A stretch of DNA of 64,000 nucleotides from Candidatus Kapaibacterium sp. (GCA_963664875.1 OY761611.1:608001-672000), one strand, 5' to 3'; counted from the stretch's first letter, positions 52,401 to 62,517 are shown. Numbers and translations: made by a program. Notes: a model not told the origin generated them from the letters alone.

Positions 52401-53542
52401 TTGGGATCGCCTCTAACATCAAGTTTTCCTTCAATGACAGAATTTATAAGTGAATTAAGTTGGCTGATTACGTTTTTTATTCCTTTAGAAATAGATCTTG
52501 ATAAAAACAATGCAATGATAATGACTAAAGCAATGACTATATATAAGATATTTAATATACTGTTATTTAGAGAATTTGCTGCCGCATAAACTTCTGCTTC
52601 ATCAATTTCAGAAATTATCGCCCATTTTATGTTACCTATGTTCAATGGTTCATAAACTGACGCAACTTTATTGCCATTATAGTCGTTTACAAAAGAAAAG
52701 CCACTTTCACCGTTTAATGCTTTTTCAGTTGCTTTGGTTTTCACTCCATTTTTCTCTACTGTTCCTTTTAACGAAGATATCATATTACGATTATCTTTGT
52801 CAAGATATGAGTCAGAACGCATTTTATAATCGCTCCCAACAAGATAAGTTTCTCCTGTTGCACCCATACCTGTTCTTTCCTGCATAATGTTATTAATCTG
52901 ATTTGTTGATATTTGTACAACAACAGAACCAACATATTCTTGATTCAAAAAAACAGGTTCAAGGAAAAACATAGAGGGCTGCATCTCTGAATACTCGTAT
53001 AATTCAAAGTCAGTTATTTGTCCTTGTTTTGTTTCTTTCAAGGTTTGCCAAGCTTTGGCTAAATGATTAGTCTCTGACTTCAATTCTTTTCCATAGTCCT
53101 CTTCTAATGAAACAGAAAGAACAATCCTACCACTATTGGGAGATACGACAAAAACATCATAGAAACCATATTTTTCTTTATACTCTTTGAAATAGCCTAT
53201 ATATTTATCATAAGCCTCTTTTAGTGGTGGATAATTTAACAAATCTGTGCTTAGAGTATGACCCAACTCTTTAGAAATTTTTGACAGACTATCCAACACA
53301 TAAACAGCTTCGGGAATTGTAGGTACTTGAGCCAGTACTTTTACATCCTGAAATCTACGGTCAAAATATCTAACTATGCCGTCTTTTTTAATTTTTGCAA
53401 CAGCTTTTAGTCTGTTAATATTTTCATTTTTCAAGCTCTCTTTGCTTGATTCCGTCGCTAAATTACTTATAACCACTAAGGGAATAATCCCAATTAGAAT
53501 CAAGCTGATAGCAACTTTGAAGCTTATAGATATAGCCTTCAT
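49458..53542 (-). pseudogene. Methyl-accepting chemotaxis protein (dCache, poly-HAMP, signalling domain) split by a 1-nt frameshift; pseudogene or assembly error
   Basis: ORF 50396..53542 stops at EHKVLKIL*; adding one A near 50406 gives [48 protein letters not shown], joining ORF 49458..50303 (about 1361 aa in total). Confidence 0.85.
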
Positions 53543-53699
53543 TCAACAACCCCTTGATATTATGATATAGTTATATATTCAACGAATTTATCGATATGAT
53601 TATTTCATATTGTTTTTTTTTTGAATATATTGTATTAAGGCAATTTGCTTTAAATAATATACTTCATTTGTTGATGCTCAAAATCAATACAAAACCTTT

Positions 53700-55115
53700 A
53701 TGCAAAATACATCAATCATCTGCGTCGATTTGGACGACACTCTTATAAAAACTGATATGTTGCTCGAAACTGCAATATCATTTTTGAAAAAAAATATTTT
53801 CAATATTTTTCTTTTGCTATTATGGCTGAGCAAAGGAAAGGAAATTTTGAAGAACGAATTAGCAAAACGCGTAGATTTCGATCCTCAATTACTTCCATAC
53901 AATCAGGAACTTTTGGATTTCTTAAAAAAACAGAATGCACACTTAATACTTGCAACTGCTTCAAACAGAATCATTGCCGAAAAGATTGCTTCTCATTTGG
54001 GTATTTTTCACGAAGTCCTTGCATCTGATGAAAACATAAATCTCAAAGGCAAAAATAAACTTGAAGTTTTGAATAAACAATTTGGAAATGGAAACTATGT
54101 TTATTGTGGAGATTCTAATGCAGATTTGAGCATTTTTAAACAATGCAAAGAATATATTTTAGTAAACCCAAGTGAATCAGTAAAAAGAAAAGCTTTTGCA
54201 ATCAAACCACCTTTGCAATTATTCGAATACAAAAAGCCTTTTTTCGAGTCCATATTTAAGCAAATTAGAGTTTATCAATGGATCAAAAATATACTATTAT
54301 TTTTTCCTCCGCTTTTAGCACATGCTACTGATGCAAAGATATATTCTGCATCAGTTTTAGCTTTTTTTGCTTTTAGTTTTACAGCTTCAGCTATATATGT
54401 ACTCAATGATTTATTTGATCTGGATTCGGACAGGGCACATCCAAGGAAGAGATTCAGACCTTTAGCTGCCGGTGATATTTCAATAGCGGAAGGTATTCTA
54501 TCCTTTGTGTTATTATCATCGTCATCCTTTTTTATTTCAATATATCTTCTGCCCTTAGAATTTTCTTTAATACTCTTGTTCTATTTTATATCCAATTTGG
54601 CTTATTCTTTTAAGCTAAAGTCGATTTACCTTGTAGATATAGTTATACTTGCTTCTCTTTATTCATTGAGAATTTATGCAGGGTCTCTTGCAGTGAATGT
54701 ACCAACCTCTAAATGGTTACTGGCATTTTCAATGTTCATATTCTTAAGCCTTGCATTTTTGAAAAGATATACTGAACTCTTAGACCTTAAAACAAGTAAT
54801 AAAGAAAAAGCAAAAGGACGTGGTTATACTGTTTCAGATATTTCTTTGGTACAATCTTTTGGTACCGCAGCAGGATTATTGTCCATTTTAGTCTATACAT
54901 TGTATCTTGAAAGCAGCTCAGTGAGCCTACTTTACAAAAGACCCGAATTTCTTTATTTGATTTCTCCACTCTTGCTCATTTGGATAAGCAGATTGTGGTT
55001 TAAAGCAAGCCGGGGGTTTATGCATGACGACCCAATTGTATTTACCGCAAAGGATAAAGTAAGTTATTTGATTATTGGCTTGTCTTTTACCTTAGCACTT
55101 GGAGCAACAATATGA
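53700..55115 (+). CDS. HAD-UbiA fusion, polyprenyl-phosphate phosphoribosyltransferase-like
   Basis: N-terminal VDLDDTL, TAS, Y.GDS.AD HAD motifs; R..QW.KN, Y..ND..D...DR.HP.K..RP.A.G, LAF.KR..E, HDDP. Confidence 0.88.
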   Translation: MQNTSIICVDLDDTLIKTDMLLETAISFLKKNIFNIFLLLLWLSKGKEILKNELAKRVDFDPQLLPYNQELLDFLKKQNAHLILATASNRIIAEKIASHLGIFHEVLASDENINLKGKNKLEVLNKQFGNGNYVYCGDSNADLSIFKQCKEYILVNPSESVKRKAFAIKPPLQLFEYKKPFFESIFKQIRVYQWIKNILLFFPPLLAHATDAKIYSASVLAFFAFSFTASAIYVLNDLFDLDSDRAHPRKRFRPLAAGDISIAEGILSFVLLSSSSFFISIYLLPLEFSLILLFYFISNLAYSFKLKSIYLVDIVILASLYSLRIYAGSLAVNVPTSKWLLAFSMFIFLSLAFLKRYTELLDLKTSNKEKAKGRGYTVSDISLVQSFGTAAGLLSILVYTLYLESSSVSLLYKRPEFLYLISPLLLIWISRLWFKASRGFMHDDPIVFTAKDKVSYLIIGLSFTLALGATI

Positions 55116-56401
55116 TAGATAGTTATTATTCATGGGGTCGATATCCTCGTGTTTCACATAACGACGTAAAAAAAATCAACTGGAATGACCAATTAGATGA
55201 GATAGATTTTTCTGTAGAAGAAAACTTTCTCCCCTATGGACTAGGCAAAAGTTATGGTGACAGTTGTTTAAATGAAAATAACGTTCTTATTGATTGTCGA
55301 GGTCTTAAAAGAATTCTTCACTTTGACTCTGATAAAGGCATTATAAAATGCGAAGCCGGAATAACTTTATCTGAGATATTAGATTTTTCAGTTCCACGCG
55401 GTTTTTTTCTTGCTTCTACGCCGGGTACTAAACATATTACCGTCGGTGGTGCAATTGCTAACGATGTCCATGGAAAAAACCATCACGTAGGTGGTACTTT
55501 TGGGGTTCACCTAATCGAATTTACACTACTAAGAAGTAACGGATCTAAAATAATCTGCTCAAGAGACGAGAACAGTTATATGTTTTCTGCAACGATTGGA
55601 GGTTTAGGTTTAACAGGCATTATTACTGATGCCACATTTTCCTTAAAGCCATGTAAAAATGCCTTCTTTAAGATGGATGCTATCAAATTTGATTCATTAG
55701 AAGAGTTCTTTGAAATAAACGAGGACTCTGAAGAGCGGTTTGATTATACCGTGTCTTGGATTGACCCAAATCACCTTCGGGGTATTTACAATAGAGGAAA
55801 TCATCTAAATGAAGAAACAGATTTAGAACTTCCAAAGCCTAAATCTATACCTTTTCCTTTTGATGCTCCATTTATAAATCCTCTATCTGTAGCAACATTC
55901 AATAGTTTATACTACCATAAACAGAACAACAAAACGGAAAGTGACATAGTCCACTTCGACCCATTCTTTTATCCGTTAGATGCTTTTCTTGGATGGAACA
56001 AAGCTTATGGTAAAGAAGGATTTTTGCAATATCAGTTTGTGATTCCTTTTGATAATGGTCTAACTAACCTGAAAGCTATAATAAAGAAAATCGCACATTC
56101 CGGACTTTCATCATTTTTAACTGTTTTGAAAACATTCGGCTCAGTGAAAAGTCCCGGAATGCTATCCTTTCCACGTCCCGGCATTACAATGGCAATAGAC
56201 TTCAGAATGACATCTAAGACTTTGTCCATTTTAGAAGATATTGACAAACTTGTAGCAGACTGTGGTGGTGTATTGTATCCGGCAAAAGATGCCAGAATGT
56301 CGCCTGAGAATTTTCAAAAATTTTATCCTCAATGGAAAGATTTTTCGCAATACATTGACCCTAAATTCTCTTCAAGTTTTTGGAGAAGGGTAACAAGATA
56401 A
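55112..56401 (+). CDS. FAD-linked oxidoreductase, DprE1-like
   Basis: SWGR, G.G.SYGD, PGT..ITVGGAIANDVHGKNHH, GGLGLTG, FFYPLD, W...YG..GF.QYQ, VLK.FG, Y.AKD. Confidence 0.88.
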   Translation: MIDSYYSWGRYPRVSHNDVKKINWNDQLDEIDFSVEENFLPYGLGKSYGDSCLNENNVLIDCRGLKRILHFDSDKGIIKCEAGITLSEILDFSVPRGFFLASTPGTKHITVGGAIANDVHGKNHHVGGTFGVHLIEFTLLRSNGSKIICSRDENSYMFSATIGGLGLTGIITDATFSLKPCKNAFFKMDAIKFDSLEEFFEINEDSEERFDYTVSWIDPNHLRGIYNRGNHLNEETDLELPKPKSIPFPFDAPFINPLSVATFNSLYYHKQNNKTESDIVHFDPFFYPLDAFLGWNKAYGKEGFLQYQFVIPFDNGLTNLKAIIKKIAHSGLSSFLTVLKTFGSVKSPGMLSFPRPGITMAIDFRMTSKTLSILEDIDKLVADCGGVLYPAKDARMSPENFQKFYPQWKDFSQYIDPKFSSSFWRRVTR

Positions 56402-56423
56402 TTTATAATCAAAAGAAATAGAT

Positions 56424-57161
56424 ATGAAAAAAGTAGTAATTATTGGTGCCACTTCGGCAATAGCTCATCAAACAGCAATACTATTTGCAAAGAAAAAATA
56501 CAGTATATCTCTTTGCGGTAGAAATTTAGAACGCTTAGAAACAGTAAAATCTGATATAATCAGCAGACATAAAACAGAGATTTTTATAAAAGAATTTGAT
56601 GTTTGCGATTTTAATAATATGCGAAGTAACATAGACTCTATAATCAATCAACTTGCTGGAATAGATATTCTTCTTATTGCACATGGTCTTCTTCCTGACC
56701 AAACAGAATCTCAAAATTCAGTTGAAAAGATAATTAAGAATATGAATGTTAATGCAAATTCTGTAATGGCTATTTGTTCTATTGTAGCAGAAAAAATGGA
56801 AGAACAAGGAAACGGGACTATTGCTGTTATTTCTTCAGTAGCAGGAGACAGAGGAAGACAAAGTAACTATATATATGGCTCAGCTAAGGCTGCAGTTAGT
56901 TCGTTCTTACAGGGATTACGAAATAGACTATATCATAAAGGAGTGCATGTTCTTACAATCAAGCCCGGATTCGTTGATACACCAATGACTGCTCATTTAG
57001 AAAAGAATTTCCTTTTTGCACAAGCTGATTCTGTTGCTAAAGGCATTATGGAAGCAATTGAAGCAAAAAAAGATGTAGTTTATCTTCCTAAGTTTTGGGC
57101 ATTAATTATGTGGATAGTTAAGCATATTCCGGAATCCATTTTCAAAAAACTAAAAATGTAA
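56424..57161 (+). CDS. Short-chain dehydrogenase, DprE2-like
   Basis: GATSAIA, SSVAGDRGR.SNY.YGSAKA, KPGFVDTPMT. Confidence 0.85.
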   Translation: MKKVVIIGATSAIAHQTAILFAKKKYSISLCGRNLERLETVKSDIISRHKTEIFIKEFDVCDFNNMRSNIDSIINQLAGIDILLIAHGLLPDQTESQNSVEKIIKNMNVNANSVMAICSIVAEKMEEQGNGTIAVISSVAGDRGRQSNYIYGSAKAAVSSFLQGLRNRLYHKGVHVLTIKPGFVDTPMTAHLEKNFLFAQADSVAKGIMEAIEAKKDVVYLPKFWALIMWIVKHIPESIFKKLKM

Positions 57162-57179
57162 AACTAACGGTTATATATT

Positions 57180-57920
57180 ATGTCAATTCAAGCGGTTACA
57201 ATTGATTTCTGGAACACAATCTTTGACTCTTCGGACGGAGAAAAAAGAAATAAATACAGACAAAAAAGTCTAATCGAAACTATCGATAAATTAGGAATAA
57301 TGATTACACCTCAGCAGTTCACTGACGCAATGCAGGCAAGCTGGGAGTATTTCAATAGGATATGGAAAAATGACCATGTAACTCCTTCTCCTTTAGAAAC
57401 GGTTACTTTCTTTTGGAACTATCTCAAACTTCCGGAAGATAAAGAGTCTATTGACTATATTGTTGATTGTTTTGCTAATTCTGTATTGGTATATCCTCCT
57501 GAACCAATGCCTAACATACATGGAGCACTTGCTTTATTAAAAACTAAATATAAGTTAGCTATTGTTTCGGATACCGGTTTCTCTACGGGAACTGTCTTAA
57601 CCGAATTACTGAAGAGATTTGAACTTTATGAATACTTTGATGCTTTTAGTTTCAGCAACGAAACAGGCGTTTCTAAACCGCATCCCAAAGCATTCCATAC
57701 AGTTCTGGATCAGTTAGATTGCCAACCCGAAAATGCAATTCATATTGGAGATATAGAAGCAACCGATATAATCGGTGCCAAATCTCTTAATATGTATGCA
57801 ATCAGATATACAGGAGATGTAACAGAGTTTGTGGCAAAAGAAAACCCAAAAATGTCGAAGGCTGACATAGAACTGGATTCGTGGGATAAAATTCCACCTT
57901 TTATATTTAGTCTTGACTAA
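57180..57920 (+). CDS. HAD family hydrolase
   Basis: IDFWNTI, VSDT, KP.P..F, HIGD...TDI.GA. Confidence 0.85.
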   Translation: MSIQAVTIDFWNTIFDSSDGEKRNKYRQKSLIETIDKLGIMITPQQFTDAMQASWEYFNRIWKNDHVTPSPLETVTFFWNYLKLPEDKESIDYIVDCFANSVLVYPPEPMPNIHGALALLKTKYKLAIVSDTGFSTGTVLTELLKRFELYEYFDAFSFSNETGVSKPHPKAFHTVLDQLDCQPENAIHIGDIEATDIIGAKSLNMYAIRYTGDVTEFVAKENPKMSKADIELDSWDKIPPFIFSLD

Positions 57921-57991
57921 TATTCCATTGTATTGAGTTAAATACTTCGTATATTTGTAGTCTTATTTTTGACAATAACTATATTAGAAAT

Positions 57992-59086
57992 ATGAACTTA
58001 GATAAAAGCAAAGTACTCCTGCTTATGTCAGGTGGAATAGATTCTTCAGTTTCAGCAAAAGTGCTATTAGACCAAGGCTTCCATGTTATAGGTATGACTA
58101 TGGAACAGCTCAATCTGACAAAGAAATACTTCACTGAAGAAGAATTAAATACAATGTGCATCGATGCTGTAACAGATGCAAAAAAAGTATGCGATATGCT
58201 GGGTATAGAGCATTATGCGATGGACTTTTCTGCTCAGTTTAAGAAAGACATAATAGACAACTTTGTCGATGAATACATGTCGGGCAGAACCCCAAACCCT
58301 TGTGCAAGATGCAATCCTATGATTAAATGGGACTTGTTCCTAAAAGAAGCGGATAAGCTGGGTTGTTATTACATTGCAACCGGTCACTATTCCCGCATTA
58401 GATTCGATGAAGTCTCTCAAAGATATGTTTTATACAAAGGTATTGACGCTTCTAAAGATCAATCTTATGTGAAATGGGGACTGACTCAGGAACAGCTTTC
58501 GAGAACTCTGTTCCCACTTGGTGAAACTACTAAGGTGGACAATAGAAAATTTGCTCAGGAACTTGATCTTCCTGTTTTTAACAAACCCGAATCACAGGAT
58601 ATTTGTTTTATTTCTGACTCCTACCATGAATTTTTGGAGCGAGTTGAGCCGAAAACAAAAGAAGTTGGCGAAGGCTATATTATGTTAGGAGGCAAACCTC
58701 TTGGAAAACATAAAGGTTATCCGTTTTACACAGTCGGACAAAGAAAAGGTCTCGGCGTTTCCCACGAAGAACCGCTTTATGTCAAAAGCATAGATGCTAA
58801 ACATAACGTAATAGAAGTTGTTACTAAAGAAGGCATGGGAAATATGGGGCTGATAGCAACAGATGTGAATCTTATCAAATATGCAGATTTGACTGAAGAA
58901 ACTCTTTTCTCAGTTAAAATCAGATACAACGACAAAGGACGAGACGCGTATTGCAAAATTATAAACGGCGAGCTTCATGTCAGATTTTTAGAACCAAGAG
59001 ACGCAATAACTCCGGGACAGTCTGTCGTCATGTTCGAAGGCAACGATATAGTCGGCGGCGGAGTGATAGACAAAGTTATTGACTAA
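57992..59086 (+). CDS. mnmA: tRNA-specific 2-thiouridylase
   Basis: MSGGIDSS, TPNPC..CN, ATGHY, KDQSY, ESQDICF, TVGQRKGLG, PGQ. Confidence 0.96.
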   Translation: MNLDKSKVLLLMSGGIDSSVSAKVLLDQGFHVIGMTMEQLNLTKKYFTEEELNTMCIDAVTDAKKVCDMLGIEHYAMDFSAQFKKDIIDNFVDEYMSGRTPNPCARCNPMIKWDLFLKEADKLGCYYIATGHYSRIRFDEVSQRYVLYKGIDASKDQSYVKWGLTQEQLSRTLFPLGETTKVDNRKFAQELDLPVFNKPESQDICFISDSYHEFLERVEPKTKEVGEGYIMLGGKPLGKHKGYPFYTVGQRKGLGVSHEEPLYVKSIDAKHNVIEVVTKEGMGNMGLIATDVNLIKYADLTEETLFSVKIRYNDKGRDAYCKIINGELHVRFLEPRDAITPGQSVVMFEGNDIVGGGVIDKVID

Positions 59087-59094
59087 TTTTTTCC

Positions 59095-59139
59095 CTAAAA
59101 ATGTGATTCTAAATTTTATGTTTAGAATCACATTTTTAG
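59095..59139. terminator. Bidirectional terminator between mnmA and the psp locus
   Basis: Perfect 19-bp inverted repeat CTAAAAATGTGATTCTAAA / TTTAGAATCACATTTTTAG. Confidence 0.8.
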
Positions 59140-59151
59140 AAAAGTTATAAA

Positions 59152-59601
59152 CTATTCTTCGTCATCCAAACTATCAATAAGTCTTTTACCACCTGCAATT
59201 TTCACAATTTCATCGTCATAATGATCCGCTATAATCGCTACAGAGTTTATTGATACTATTAATTCATTAGCATCTAAATTTGTACCAGTGATACAGTGGC
59301 TAAATGAGATAGTATCATCAAACAACAAGCCAAAAGAACCAAAATGTATTTCTGCATTTTTGCGGAGTAGGAATTTCATCAGTTCTGCACTAATATCAGC
59401 TCCGGAAACTACATTAGCTATACATTCGACAGCAGTATCTTTTTCAGTAAAAGGTCTTACTAAAACCATAACTTGAGTAGAACCTCTGTTTATCACATAC
59501 TGACCTTCTTCAAATTTTGTGTGGTCAGGATATTTGCTGTTAAGAATCTCTTCAACTTTATTTATGGTTGACTGAATGAGCTCTTGAGGCGTATTTTCCA
59601 T
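59152..59601 (-). CDS. YbjN/CesT-like (T3SS chaperone fold) protein
   Basis: Acidic, about 150 aa; LL..N....FG.F, AD.YDD; ATG 59601 has a GAGG SD (alternative start 59655). Confidence 0.7.
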   Translation of the reverse strand: MENTPQELIQSTINKVEEILNSKYPDHTKFEEGQYVINRGSTQVMVLVRPFTEKDTAVECIANVVSGADISAELMKFLLRKNAEIHFGSFGLLFDDTISFSHCITGTNLDANELIVSINSVAIIADHYDDEIVKIAGGKRLIDSLDDEE

Positions 59602-59647
59602 AGTAATTTCCTCTGTATTTATATTTAAATTTTCCACCTTAATCTCC

Positions 59648-60334
59648 CTATTCATTTTTATTAGAATCTTGCAAAAGTCCCATTTTAGCTTTCAAAGCTA
59701 ACAAGTCAGAATCAACCGCAGAAGAGCTCGAAAGTTGCTTAAATTCTTGATCTAAGGAAGAGCTACCACTGTCTAATGATTCAAATGCTTCTGCTTCAGC
59801 TTCCAATTTTTCTATCTTATCTTCAAATTTATCAAATTTACCAAATGCATCAGATCCTACACCACTCATAGATTGTGCTATTTGCTTTTGAGCTTTTGCA
59901 GCTTGTGAGCGTGCAATCAGAGTACTTTGGCGGCTTCTGGCTTCATCGAGCTTGCGTTTCAGTCCGTTTAGCTGTTCTCTAAGTTTATTTGCAGTCGTTT
60001 TTGCAGCTTCATACATAGGCTGCAAATCATTAAAATTTCTGTCAGCGATTGCTTTTTTCTCTAATGCAGCTTTAGCCAAATCTTCACGATTTGCCTGAAG
60101 TGCCTGCATTGCTTTTTGCTCCCAATCATTTCTTTCGGTATCCGCTTTAGCAATTTTACGTTCTAATGATTTTTCGTTGGCAACTGCCTGAGCCACAGCA
60201 AGAGTAGCTTTATTGACAGATTCTTCCATCTCAATAACCATTTGCTTTATCATTTTTTCAGGGTCTTCTGCCCTATCTAAAGCATCATTCACATTGGATT
60301 TGAAAATATCCGCGATTCTTCCAAAAATACTCAT
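59648..60334 (-). CDS. pspA: PspA/IM30 family protein
   Basis: MSIF.RI.D....N.N..LD.AEDPEKM..Q, EDLAK.AL, coiled coil, L..LKAKM. Confidence 0.93.
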   Translation of the reverse strand: MSIFGRIADIFKSNVNDALDRAEDPEKMIKQMVIEMEESVNKATLAVAQAVANEKSLERKIAKADTERNDWEQKAMQALQANREDLAKAALEKKAIADRNFNDLQPMYEAAKTTANKLREQLNGLKRKLDEARSRQSTLIARSQAAKAQKQIAQSMSGVGSDAFGKFDKFEDKIEKLEAEAEAFESLDSGSSSLDQEFKQLSSSSAVDSDLLALKAKMGLLQDSNKNE

Positions 60335-60516
60335 TTTTCTATACCTCTATTATAATTGAATGTATAAGCAGTTAAGTAAACGAATATAATACAATTTTTG
60401 TTTCAAACCTGCATCTTATATAGAAGTTTTTTATATTTTCTGAAAAATATTTTTTATTCTATCATCGTGATATTGCTTATTTTGAATTTTTATCACTAAC
60501 TTTCTTAGAGGATTAG

Positions 60517-60837
60517 ATGAAATTTGATATGCAAAGTATGCTTGCACAAGCTCAAAAGATGCAAGAGGAAATGGAAAGAATTAAAAAAGAAGTCGAATCA
60601 AAAATTATTACTGCTGAAGCCGGTGGTGGCATGGTAACTGTTACAATGACAGGTGCGCAAGATTTGAAATCAATCAAAATAGCCAAAGAAGCAGTTGATC
60701 CTCGTGATGTTGAAATGCTTGAAGATTTGATTGTAGCTGCAATAAACAAAGCAAACAAAGAAGCTAAGGACATTGCTGCAAATCAAATGGGTGGACTTTC
60801 AGGTATGTTACCAAATATTCCGGGCTTAAATTTTTAG
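60517..60837 (+). CDS. ybaB: YbaB/EbfC nucleoid-associated protein
   Basis: AQKMQ, AGGGMV.V, D.EMLEDLI.AA.N.A; directly upstream of recR. Confidence 0.93.
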   Translation: MKFDMQSMLAQAQKMQEEMERIKKEVESKIITAEAGGGMVTVTMTGAQDLKSIKIAKEAVDPRDVEMLEDLIVAAINKANKEAKDIAANQMGGLSGMLPNIPGLNF

Positions 60838-60845
60838 GTTAAATA

Positions 60846-61439
60846 ATGCAATATTCCTCTGATTCCATAAATAAAGTAATTGACTATTTTTCTTCTCTTC
60901 CTTCGATAGGTAGGAAAACTGCACAACGTTTGACTTATCATATATTAAGGCAGCCTACCGAATATGTAGATAAGTTTGCTCAATCTATGACCGAAATGAT
61001 GCAGCATGTAAAATTTTGCTCTGTATGCTTAAACTATACTGAAAGTGACCCATGCCCTATCTGTCAATCGCACAAAAGAAACAAAAACATTATCTGTGTA
61101 GTCGAAGATCCCAATGATGTTTTAGCTTTGGAACGAACGAATGAATACTTTGGATTGTATCATGTGTTACATGGTATCCTGAATCCCTTGGACGGAATTG
61201 GGCCTGAAGATATTAAAATCAGAGAATTACTTGCTCGACTCAGTGATGTTGATGAAGTGATTTTAGCGATAAATCCAAGCGTAGAAGGTGAAGTAACTAT
61301 GCAATACCTATCTAAAATGATAAAACCTTTGGAGATAAAGGTAAGCAGGCTTGCAAGCGGTCTTCCTATGGGTGGAGCTATCGAATACTCTGATGAAGCA
61401 ACATTGTCCAAAGCTTTAGAAAGCAGAATTACTATATGA
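60846..61439 (+). CDS. recR: Recombination mediator RecR
   Basis: LP.IG.KTA.RL, C4 zinc finger, YHVL.G, EGE.T, LA.G.P.G...EY.D..TL. Confidence 0.96.
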   Translation: MQYSSDSINKVIDYFSSLPSIGRKTAQRLTYHILRQPTEYVDKFAQSMTEMMQHVKFCSVCLNYTESDPCPICQSHKRNKNIICVVEDPNDVLALERTNEYFGLYHVLHGILNPLDGIGPEDIKIRELLARLSDVDEVILAINPSVEGEVTMQYLSKMIKPLEIKVSRLASGLPMGGAIEYSDEATLSKALESRITI

Positions 61440-62008
61440 GATATTTACTTGTTACCATATTACTTGTCGTAACTTCTTGCGGGGTCTTCGAACCAAGAGA
61501 CCCCGAAGAACCAACAAAAGGTAATAGTAGCTTTGTACCTCCAACTACTTATAGCATAGTAATTCAAAATTTGGTTCAGGCAATAGCTGAGAAAAATACA
61601 GATAATTACATCAGCTGCTTTGTCAGTTCTTCTGATATGCCGGATTATATTTTTGTACCATCCGGAGAGATACTTGCTACTTATCCTGATATGACATCAT
61701 ATTGGAATATTGGTGAAGAAAAGCGGTATTTTACTACTGAAATTGCTTCACTATCTGAAACTGCTGCTCCTTCTCTTTCTCTCTCAGAACTAAATTATGA
61801 ATCGCTATCGCCGGATTCTATCTCATTTACTTCTGACTATTCTCTAAAAGTACCTACTCCTACAACTTCTATCAACGCAGAATATAAAGGTAAACTCCAA
61901 TTTATAGTAATAAAAAACAAACTAAACGGACTTTGGTTTGTATATTATTGGAAAGATATTTCGATTGAAAATTTTGAATCATGGAGTAGCTTGAAAGCTA
62001 AGAGTTAG
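61436..62008 (+). CDS. Hypothetical lipoprotein (possible NTF2/SnoaL-like fold)
   Basis: VVTSC lipobox; ATGA overlap with recR. Confidence 0.65.
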   Translation: MRYLLVTILLVVTSCGVFEPRDPEEPTKGNSSFVPPTTYSIVIQNLVQAIAEKNTDNYISCFVSSSDMPDYIFVPSGEILATYPDMTSYWNIGEEKRYFTTEIASLSETAAPSLSLSELNYESLSPDSISFTSDYSLKVPTPTTSINAEYKGKLQFIVIKNKLNGLWFVYYWKDISIENFESWSSLKAKS

Positions 62009-62013
62009 TCAAT

Positions 62014-62517
62014 ATGAAAGCAATTTTTATATTTGTGATATTAGTCGCTATTGCAGCATGTAATAATCCTTTTGCTCCGGGTATCAAAAATCAGGACGGT
62101 TCAGGCAATGTATTGGGCGACCAGAAAACTGTAGAAGGAGTTTTTGATAACTTTAGATACGCTTATGTATTTAAAGATACCTTAGTTTACGGAAAACTGC
62201 TTTCCGACAATTTCACATTTGTATATAAAAATCCTGAATCACCTGACCTAAACAAATCGTGGGGAAGGTCGGAAGACATGATTTCTACAAGTAATCTGTT
62301 TAACGGCACTCAAAATCTAAATTTACTTTGGGACGATGTTCTTATTGCAGTCGGCGATTCTACGCAACAAGATATCTCGAGAGGTTTTACTCTTTCTATT
62401 ACTTTTAGCGAACAAGATATTGCTTATCTTTACGGAAAAGTTGTTTTTCGACTTGAACGAGCTAATGAGTTAGAAGTTTGGAAAATTACAAAGTGGATCG
62501 ACGAATCCTACTATTGA
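62014..62517 (+). CDS. Hypothetical lipoprotein (possible NTF2/SnoaL-like fold)
   Basis: IAAC lipobox; LLSDNFTF and WKITKW patterns. Confidence 0.65.
   Translation: MKAIFIFVILVAIAACNNPFAPGIKNQDGSGNVLGDQKTVEGVFDNFRYAYVFKDTLVYGKLLSDNFTFVYKNPESPDLNKSWGRSEDMISTSNLFNGTQNLNLLWDDVLIAVGDSTQQDISRGFTLSITFSEQDIAYLYGKVVFRLERANELEVWKITKWIDESYY

Noticed and set aside
44109-59139. Long perfect inverted repeats (44109-44156, 59095-59139) as MITE or REP elements
   Set aside because: They share no sequence with each other, show no target duplications, and sit between convergent genes as terminators would.
1511-61411. Numerous 60-160 aa ORFs antisense to or nested in known genes (e.g. 1511..1816, 18970..19359, 29294..29779, 49807..50166)
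   Set aside because: Shadow ORFs of strongly supported genes, with no recognisable motifs.
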